Source: Thecamonas trahens ATCC 50062
Taxonomy: Eukaryota; Protista; Apusomonadida
Assembly: GCF_000142905.1 (NCBI RefSeq)
Contig: NW_013657600.1
Location: 1 to 20,258 of the forward strand
Direction of reading: 5' to 3'
Length of the DNA stretch: 20,258 nt
The position numbers and the translations under genes are program-made. Position 1 is the first letter of the stretch, and each line of letters starts with the position of its first letter. The notes under the pieces were generated by a model. The model ran no database searches, was not told the origin of the DNA, and saw nothing but the letters and a program-made list of their open reading frames with translations. Shown piece by piece: positions 9,338-16,299 of the stretch.

Positions 9338-9733
9338 GGGTTTTGAGGGATGGGAATGGGGGGGGGGATGGGGATAGTCATAGATGTGGCTGGCTGAGGA
9401 GCTGCGGGTGATGGGGCGTGGCGATGATCACAAGGGAGATCGGGAGCAGGGGAGTTTGTCGGCGTGGGATGGAGCGGCGTGCTTGTCCATGCAAGCACTA
9501 TCATCTGCTCTTGCTCCTCCAACTAGGGTTACCGTCCTCTGATCACGGTTGCCTGCACTGCACGGCATCATTGCGAGACCGACTTTGCCCAGGACTAGCG
9601 CTCATCGCTCCGCATTGAGCCAGATCAGCCAGTCCTCGCATCCGACGGCGACCATCGATCCCCAGCGCATCGACCAATCGCACGTCCCTCTCAACCCGAT
9701 TCGCATGTTGACTGTTGCCGTTTACAAGCTGTA

Positions 9734-9797
9734 TCTGACCGTCTGGCCGTCTGACCGTCTGGCCGTCTGGCCGTCTGACCGTCTGACCGTCTGTCCG
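9734..9797. repeat. 8-bp tandem repeat TCTG(A/G/T)CCG x8 upstream of XPC
   Basis: Read directly; ends about 130 bp 5' of the XPC ATG. Confidence 0.92.
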
Positions 9798-9926
9798 TCG
9801 TCAGCCAGCGCGAGTCGCATCGATGACACTCGCCGGACGTCAGCGCGACACGGACGAGCACCGAGGACGGCGAGCCAGGGGAGGACAGAGAGTGAGGCAG
9901 GGGACGACTCGACTCGACTTGGCAGC

Positions 9927-11717
9927 ATGTCTGCTTCGGGCGGGTCGGAGGATGCCGACGAGTACAGCTACGAGGGCTACAGCTATAGCGGATGCGGGAC
10001 GGATGGCGGCGGCGAGGGGCTAGGGGATGAGACCGAGGCTGGGGCGTGTTCGGGTCGTGGAGGAGGCGGTGGTGGTGGCCAAGGAGGGGATGAGGTGGTC
10101 TGGGAAGAGGTCGGCGAGGGCGAATGTTCGGGAGCGACAAGGGCGACGGCGACGACGGCGGCGACGGCTGCAGGCGCGGGTGGGGGCGAGGGATCGAAGA
10201 AGCGACGTCGGAGCAGTGCGCGGCTGACGAGCGAGAACCGGAAGCGATTGCAAGGGCTTCATCTGGCGATGGTGTATGCGGCCGGATGTGCTGCTGCGGG
10301 GATGGCGAGAGTGGCAGCTACGGCTGATGAGATGCAGGTGGCCGAGGTTGTCTCGAGGCTGCCGGGTGGGCTGCTGGCGTATCTGGATGCAGCGGCAGAT
10401 GGGGGTCGCCAGAGTGTGGTGGAGGATGCGGGGGCTGTGGCAAAGGCGGCGTTGGGGGCGGGGGAGGATGCTATGGCGGCGGTTTTGACCGCAATGCGGG
10501 CGTGGCCTGAGCTGGCGGTGAGGGTGGTAACCGCCGTCTCACCGCCGCCGATCACTGCGGTGTCTGCGGCGCTGGTCGATCCGAGCATTGAGCCGGAGCG
10601 GCCGTCAAAGCGAAATGACCGCAAGAACAAGGCTGGGGCCGGGGTAGATGACGAGGTTGCGGCCGAGTCGACGCAAAAGAGCATCCACTTTGGACTCGAG
10701 GTGCTTGCCACGAGCGAGCTGCGATGGGTGGAGGTTCTGGAACCGCTACGGCCGCGGCTTCGGCCGGGATCGCGGTGGTATGTGATGGCGTACGAGGTGG
10801 CGACCGGTCGCGCGTCAGATGTGACGGCGTTGTATGTGGGAGACTGGGGCGCGGCGCTCAAAGCGCGGCTCAAGCCGGATCCGCTGCGGCGGATGGTGGC
10901 GTACTTTGGCGAGGCGAGCTTGCGGAGCGCGGCGGCCGCAGTGGTGGCAGCGCGGCAGGCCGAGGCGCGGGCACTGGAAGCTGCGCGCGACGCGGCGCAA
11001 GTACCTACAACCAAGAGTGGGCTCTCGAGCTCACGGCTGTATGTGCTCGAGTCGCTGATCGGCAAGACGATGGCGGTGGTGCCCGGGGCGGCGGCGGTTG
11101 CGTCGTTCCGCGGCGAAGCGGTGTATCGGCGGCGGCATGTGCAGAAGCTGCGTGCGCGAACGACATGGCTCCGCGGGTATGGGCGGGTGGTGGTTGACGA
11201 CGCAGCGGCTATCAAGACGTCGTCGCGCGGGGTGCCGCTGTACGGGCGCTGGCAGACGGAGCGGTACACGCCGGGGCGGGTCCAGGTTCCGGGCATGGTT
11301 CCGGTCAACGAGCACGGCAACGTCGAGGTCTTCCAGTCATGGATGGTGCCCATTGGATGCGTCCACGTCCGCGGGCGCGAGGCCAAGCGTGCGGCAATAG
11401 CGCTGGGGATGAACTACGCCGAAGCGCTCGTCGGCTTTGCACGGCGCGGCGGATATCCGGTCTTTGATGGCGTCGTCGTCTGTCTCGAGTACGCTGACAC
11501 GCTTGAGGCTGCAGTCCTCGAGATGCGGGTCGGCGAGCTCCGTGCGGCCCGGGCCAAGATCGCCAAGCAAGTGGTGGCACGGTGGCGGCGGCTTGTCGAG
11601 AAGCTGCTCATCTACGATCGCGTCCGTCGTGAGAGCACCACTGGCAGCGGTGATGGAGGAGGCGGCGGCGGAGGCGGTGTGAGCGGCCGAGAGGAGAATC
11701 CGATTGTCCTCGATTGA
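9927..11717 (+). CDS. XPC: Nucleotide excision repair damage sensor XPC/Rad4 (596 aa)
   Basis: BHD1 (VPTT...LYVLES, FRGEAVYRR), BHD2 (PLYGRWQTERY), BHD3 (VPVNEHGNVEVF...MVPIGCVH...YAEALVGF...PVFDGVVV), and C-terminal centrin-binding helix RWRRLVEKLLIYDRV. Start inferred at MSASGG. Confidence 0.93.
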   Translation: MSASGGSEDADEYSYEGYSYSGCGTDGGGEGLGDETEAGACSGRGGGGGGGQGGDEVVWEEVGEGECSGATRATATTAATAAGAGGGEGSKKRRRSSARLTSENRKRLQGLHLAMVYAAGCAAAGMARVAATADEMQVAEVVSRLPGGLLAYLDAAADGGRQSVVEDAGAVAKAALGAGEDAMAAVLTAMRAWPELAVRVVTAVSPPPITAVSAALVDPSIEPERPSKRNDRKNKAGAGVDDEVAAESTQKSIHFGLEVLATSELRWVEVLEPLRPRLRPGSRWYVMAYEVATGRASDVTALYVGDWGAALKARLKPDPLRRMVAYFGEASLRSAAAAVVAARQAEARALEAARDAAQVPTTKSGLSSSRLYVLESLIGKTMAVVPGAAAVASFRGEAVYRRRHVQKLRARTTWLRGYGRVVVDDAAAIKTSSRGVPLYGRWQTERYTPGRVQVPGMVPVNEHGNVEVFQSWMVPIGCVHVRGREAKRAAIALGMNYAEALVGFARRGGYPVFDGVVVCLEYADTLEAAVLEMRVGELRAARAKIAKQVVARWRRLVEKLLIYDRVRRESTTGSGDGGGGGGGGVSGREENPIVLD

Positions 11718-12089
11718 GGATACAGGTCAGAGCGACATGGATGAAAATTTGTAATTCGGGTTCGGCGCCAACGCCATCAATAGACAACGTTGCATTAATT
11801 GAAAGCGAGTCAACGATTATCCGAACAAGAGACTCTCGATTATTCTCTGAATCGATGGTGGCGAATTTGACCGAACGAACAAACGAACGAGTGATAGAAG
11901 GAACGGACGAACGTCCCGTTGGCGCGCGCGCGCCGAAGCAACGAGCGCGAGACGAGACAGGGACGGGGCGAGGGCGAGGAGCGGGAGGGGGAGGGGGGTG
12001 TTGGGATGGGAAAGTAGAAGGGAGAGAGACCACACTTGACGCCGTCTTGGAAGCAAGGAAAGAAGGTACATAGACCAGAGGAGGCAGAC

Positions 12090-13004
12090 ATGGCAGCTTT
12101 GGACGTCCGTGCTGTGCGTGCCCAACTGGCAGCGCTCGGGTACGACAACGTGCCCGACGAGCTGCTTGCCGAGTTTGTGGCCGAGCTGGAGCAGCTGACG
12201 GCTGCAAGTGGGCCTGCGACGACGACGACGAGGGCGGTGACGACGGCGAAGACGTCGACGGCGAGCGGTGGAGCTGGGATCGGTCGAGGTCGGGCGAGCA
12301 GTGGACGGGGACCGCGGCCGCGGACGGCAGGTGGGACGAGATCCGATGGCTTTGGCGGCGAGTACGACGACGGCGAGGAGTACGAGTACGAGTATGAGTA
12401 CGCGTATGTGGATCCGGTGACGGGACAGCCTGTGGACGGACGCACGGGGGTGGTCGGCGGAGTGGATGTGGAGGACGAGGAGTTCCGGGCGGTGTATGGG
12501 CAGCGGAGCAAGGGGAGCAGTGGCATGCCGCGGCGGCGGCCGCTGACGGCGGTTGTCAACGGAGCGCGGCCAAAGGAGGCCAAGGGCTTTATCCGGTCGC
12601 GGCCGTATACGGCGCACATCGGAAGTAAGGCCAAGGCCGACAAGGTGGCACGGTATCACGCGACGCAGGCCGAGTGGGCGCACGATCCGTTCCTCAAGCG
12701 ACAGGGCGGCGGCGGGAAGCGGGCGCCGCGGCGGCCGGGAAGCCGGGCAGGCGAGGTCGAGGTAGTGCCCAAGCGCAAGCGGCACAATCTTGCGGCAATG
12801 CGGCCAAACTACGTCCCGCCGGGTGAGAAGGAGCGCCGCGGACTCCGGTGGAAGATCCGCGAGCAGATGTGGCAGTCGGAGGAGGGCTTTAAGCGCAAGC
12901 AGCTCAATCTGGCGGCCGAGGCGCGGAAGAACGCATACGTGCCGCCAACTTCGCGGCAGCGGAAGGCGCTGCGGTGGCAGATCCGCCAGCAGATGCTCGA
13001 GTGA
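12090..13004 (+). CDS. HYLS1: Centriolar/ciliogenesis protein HYLS1 (hydrolethalus syndrome protein 1 homologue, 304 aa)
   Basis: N-terminal VRAQLAALGYDNVPDELLAEFVAEL helix; HYLS box KGFIR...KADKVARY...W, PGEKERRGLRWKIREQM, YVPPTSRQRKALRWQIR. Confidence 0.88.
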   Translation: MAALDVRAVRAQLAALGYDNVPDELLAEFVAELEQLTAASGPATTTTRAVTTAKTSTASGGAGIGRGRASSGRGPRPRTAGGTRSDGFGGEYDDGEEYEYEYEYAYVDPVTGQPVDGRTGVVGGVDVEDEEFRAVYGQRSKGSSGMPRRRPLTAVVNGARPKEAKGFIRSRPYTAHIGSKAKADKVARYHATQAEWAHDPFLKRQGGGGKRAPRRPGSRAGEVEVVPKRKRHNLAAMRPNYVPPGEKERRGLRWKIREQMWQSEEGFKRKQLNLAAEARKNAYVPPTSRQRKALRWQIRQQMLE

Positions 13005-13078
13005 GGAGTAAAGGGGTGTGTAGCCTTGGCAAGCATCGCGTTTATCAGAGCCATGACCCGCGCTAGACATGGTGGCGG

Positions 13079-14218
13079 TTATGACGACGAAGAGGAGGAC
13101 GAGTCGTACGAGCCGTCAGTGGACGAGTCGTCGGTGGACGAGCCGTCATCGGAGGATGAGTACGAGGGATACGGCGGCGGTGATCGAGAGCGGGAGCGGC
13201 GCCTGCGACGGGCGGATGCACGCGGGGAGACGGTGGGCGGCTCGAGGATTTGGACGGCGAGTCGACGTCGGAGGCGGGCGACGGACTTTGACGAGAGGCG
13301 CTTGTTGAGGATGGCGTTCTCGGAGACGTAGGTAAAGACCTGCGGGATTTCCATGAGAGTGTGGAGGGCAAAGGCAGCGGCGGCGTTTGCGGCATTCTTG
13401 TGTGTGCGGAGGACGTCATCAAAGGCGCAGAACTGGAAGTTGTCAAAGGCGCGCTGCGGGAGGTTGTCATCAAAGTGGTGCATGGTGTCAAAGGGACCGT
13501 CGCCGACGCCGATGACGACGATGGCGAGCGGGTAGTCGGAGGCGCGGACGATGGCATCGACGGTCTCGTTGTAGGGAACGCCCGGCGAGACGGTGCCGTC
13601 GGCAAGGATGAGGAGGATGTGGAACTCGTTACCTGACTCGACGACCTCCTCGATGGCGGCGTCGATGAGCGGGGCAAACGAGGTCGGGCCGGAGAGCTTG
13701 ACGGTCTTGGCCACCTCCCGGTAGACGTCAACAGTTTCAGCGAGGCCATCGGCCGGCTCGCCGTTGGGCTTGAGCGAGAAGACGGCCGAGCCGCGGGTCC
13801 TCGCGTCGCCAAAGCCAAAGCACGGGATGAGGCCATCGTCATCAAATGCCTCGAGGGTGAGGGCAACAGCCTCGATGGCGTCCAGGTACGGGTTAGAGTC
13901 GTCCACGAGATCGTGCAGCGAGCGGCCTCCAAACGACGATCTCCCCTGGGTCAAGTTCGACTGGGTGAAGTCGATGCCTACGATGAGCGACGACGACTCG
14001 AGGCCGCGCTTGCGGAGCTCCTCCTGGACTTGGGTGAACGAGGTGAACTCATCGGCGATGGCAGCAAACGGTGTTTGCTTGGATCGCTTCCTCTTGGACT
14101 TGGACTTTGACGCACTCTTCTTCTTCTTGGACTTGGACTTGGACTTGGACTTGGACTTGGACTTAGACTTGGACTTGGACTTGGACATGGACATGATCTT
14201 TTTCTTGTCGGACGGCAT
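13079..14218 (-). CDS. RGLG-type copine vWA domain protein lacking C2 and RING domains (379 aa)
   Basis: IVGIDFTQSN (MIDAS), SFGGRSLH, NPY, FDDDGLIPCFGFGD, LSGPTSFAP, FHILLILADG, ASDYPLAIVVIGVGDGP, FDDNLPQRAFDNFQF, LMEIP. Confidence 0.92.
   Translation of the reverse strand: MPSDKKKIMSMSKSKSKSKSKSKSKSKSKSKKKKSASKSKSKRKRSKQTPFAAIADEFTSFTQVQEELRKRGLESSSLIVGIDFTQSNLTQGRSSFGGRSLHDLVDDSNPYLDAIEAVALTLEAFDDDGLIPCFGFGDARTRGSAVFSLKPNGEPADGLAETVDVYREVAKTVKLSGPTSFAPLIDAAIEEVVESGNEFHILLILADGTVSPGVPYNETVDAIVRASDYPLAIVVIGVGDGPFDTMHHFDDNLPQRAFDNFQFCAFDDVLRTHKNAANAAAAFALHTLMEIPQVFTYVSENAILNKRLSSKSVARLRRRLAVQILEPPTVSPRASARRRRRSRSRSPPPYPSYSSSDDGSSTDDSSTDGSYDSSSSSSS
14126..14185 (-). repeat. Coding hexamer repeat (TCCAAG)10 encoding (SK)10
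   Basis: CTTGGA x10 on the + strand with one CTTAGA synonymous variant. Confidence 0.95.
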
Positions 14219-14356
14219 GAGGGTCTGGCGGATGAGGGAGCTGTTTGATTTCTTGCCTATGGTGTTCAGAGGGGTGCGTGTGATGTGTGCGTGTGTGTGC
14301 CTGGGCTAGAGCGCGATGTTGGGGAATGGGTGCGGGTTTTTCTCATGGCTGCCCGA

Positions 14357-14430
14357 GTTCCGACCATGTGCAAGGGCGCAGTTCCGACCATTGGGCTCGT
14401 TCCGATTCCTGCGCCCATTCCGATCATTGG
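14357..14430. promoter_or_regulatory. Cluster of four RTTCCGAY motifs upstream of the vWA gene
   Basis: GTTCCGACCAT at 14357 and 14381, GTTCCGATTC at 14399, ATTCCGATCAT at 14417; regulatory function is inferred. Confidence 0.35.
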
Positions 14431-14562
14431 CGCGGAGGGCTTCTTCTTCCGCGCCGGCTACAGAGGTGCTCGAGCCAGAGAGGAGAGGCTGGACCAGGGC
14501 TGGGTGTGTACAGCTCGGCTAGGCTGCACGTCGAGGGCGTAGCGCAGGGTTGGCTCCTGGGT

Positions 14563-14571
14563 AAAAAAAAA
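14563..14571 (-). terminator. RNA polymerase III terminator (T9) of tRNA-His copy 1
   Basis: A9 on the + strand, 28 nt beyond the tRNA 3' end. Confidence 0.8.
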
Positions 14572-14599
14572 CCCATCAGCCATGTGGATCATGATATGA

Positions 14600-14670
14600 T
14601 GCGGACTCCGAGAATCGAACCCGGGCCGGCTCGGCCACAACGAGACATCCTGCCACTAGACTAAGTCCGC
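14600..14670 (-). tRNA. tRNA-His (GTG), copy 1
   Basis: GCGGACT-TA-GTCT AGTGGCA GGAT-G-TCTCG TTGTGGC CGAGC-CGGC-CCGGG TTCGATT CTCGG-AGTCCGC-A: perfect 7-bp acceptor stem, A and B boxes, GTG anticodon, A73, no encoded CCA. Confidence 0.95.
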
Positions 14671-14740
14671 GATCTACCATTCGGAGGGAGCGAGCAGGTT
14701 TCTTGTCAGTTGCGATTTTGACCAGGGTTGGTTGATGGGC

Positions 14741-14749
14741 AAAAAAAAA
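14741..14749 (-). terminator. RNA polymerase III terminator (T9) of tRNA-His copy 2
   Basis: A9 on the + strand, 24 nt beyond the tRNA 3' end. Confidence 0.8.
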
Positions 14750-14773
14750 CCGACCTTTCGGTTAGAAATCATA

Positions 14774-14844
14774 TGCGGACTCCGAGAATCGAACCCGGGC
14801 CGGCTCGGCCACAACGAGACATCCTGCCACTAGACTAAGTCCGC
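14774..14844 (-). tRNA. tRNA-His (GTG), copy 2
   Basis: Identical 71-nt sequence to copy 1, offset by 174 bp. Confidence 0.95.
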
Positions 14845-15369
14845 GATCTGATCTGGGAGAAGCTGGCGAGAAAATGAATTTGTACTGTGCATTGCTTTGC
14901 AACTGTTGTTGACGGCTGGTTTGTCGGGCAGAGCGGCGGTGGTGCAGCATCTCGCCGTTGAACCCATGCCAGCTCGATCACCAGCCGCTGATGAGCAATC
15001 AAAGACCTCGGCGTTTTGTTTGCTTCGTAGCATGCTCTGTTCTGTTCTCTATCGCGCAGCCATGGCTGGACGCGAGGGCGCGGATCTAACTCTTTCGGTT
15101 GGCGCGATTGAAACCAAGCGATGTGTGTGCGGAGGACTTGTGGAGGTGGTGAGGATGGTGAGTGAGCTCGCCGAGCTGGTGAAGATAGAGTCGATCCTCC
15201 CCATCGTCCTCGGCCTATTGGTGAGCCCCCGCACTAAAGCAAGCACCGACGCATGCCGCCCGATCGCTTCCCCTCCTTCAACTCCACATCTCGCTGTCGT
15301 GATCGTGAACAGTTTGTGAATGGGATGGAGTTCTGAGCCGTGTCCGTGGCTGCGGTGAAACAGCGGCGG

Positions 15370-15396
15370 CCGTCGCATCACGGCGTGATGCGACGG
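15370..15396. repeat. Perfect 13-bp inverted repeat with 1-nt centre
   Basis: CCGTCGCATCACG-G-CGTGATGCGACGG. Confidence 0.9.
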
Positions 15397-15571
15397 AGGA
15401 TAGATTTTCACCTCTGACGCACGCATGCGGTACAGCAGAGCACACCAGAGTACACCAAGGCAACACCCAGATTGTCGACTACATAACAACATGTGCATAT
15501 CGAGCGGTAGAGGGCCAAGACACGCAAACTGGCGCCAACATGAAATCGGGGGCCACCACCAGAACGTCAGC

Positions 15572-15730
15572 ATTCTAACTATTTAAAAATATATTTAGGC
15601 GAATATATATATATATATATGTATTGCCAAATAGAATTGATATTTCAAAAACGCCTGTGTAGTTACAACGCAAATTATATTATACTATTATTTTTTGGAT
15701 TGTTGTGCTGTTTTCTCGACTATTTTTAGC
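15572..15730. other. AT-rich island containing (AT)9
   Basis: The most AT-rich stretch in an otherwise high-GC window; (AT)n at 15603-15620. Confidence 0.9.
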
Positions 15731-15765
15731 TTTGTGGTTGCCGTCGCATCGCATCTTGGGGATAG

Positions 15766-16065
15766 CGTTCCGGGGAGCGGTCGCAAGACCGTTCTGGGAC
15801 CGTTCTCAGAACGGTCCCGAACTTGGCCTTTAGCACCCTTCTCCCCCCTCCTGTCCGCATGCCGTAGTCTTTACGGAAACCCCTTGTGTACAAGTTGTAG
15901 GAATGTCGTGGGTACGCACATGCCAAGTGTAGACCCTATGCGCTGCGCATTGCGCATGCCAGGCGTCGAAAACCGCGCGGGCGTCGTGTTGAGCCGCCCG
16001 CCACTGGCCACGGCGAACGGGAACGTTCCCAGAACGGTCGCCGGGAACGTTCCCAGAACGGTCGC
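15766..16065. repeat. Two clusters of direct/inverted GACCGTTCT/AGAACGGTC repeats (candidate transposon subterminal repeats)
   Basis: Core at 15787 and 15798 (+), and at 15808, 16031, 16055 (inverted); hairpin 15796-15818; 24-bp direct repeat 16018-16041/16042-16065. Confidence 0.85.
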
Positions 16066-16299
16066 AGAGGGCGCGAGAACAATGGCTGTATATATACGCG
16101 TACACAGCTGGGATATGCGTGATATGCGGCGGTAGGGGGTGGCGGGTCTGTCCCTTGCTCCCCTGCCAGTTTGGGGCGTAGAGCGTGCTCAGCGCGTGAG
16201 TACAGGCGCACCACTGCTGAGGCCCACCTGAGGCCTGTCGCTGGCTGGGTCGCGACAGGGACCGGCGATCGTTCGTCAGAAGCAGGAGGAGACGTCCCA

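Noticed and set aside
9549-9926. N-terminal extension of the XPC ORF
   Set aside because: Starts at a non-ATG codon and runs through an octamer repeat; likely promoter or 5' UTR.
9927-13004. XPC (centrin-binding) and HYLS1 (centriolar) as a functional gene cluster
   Set aside because: Adjacency alone in a compact eukaryotic genome is not evidence; it would need conserved synteny.
14600-14844. tRNA-derived SINEs or an att-site duplication
   Set aside because: Both copies are complete cloverleafs with their own T9 terminators; no SINE body, TSD or integrase.
15370-15420. Helitron 3' end
   Set aside because: The hairpin is present but there is no convincing CTRR terminus at the expected distance on either strand and no Rep/helicase remnants.
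14897-15573. ORFs between the tRNAs and the AT island
   Set aside because: No recognisable motifs and no host-like codon bias; possibly decayed sequence but not assignable.
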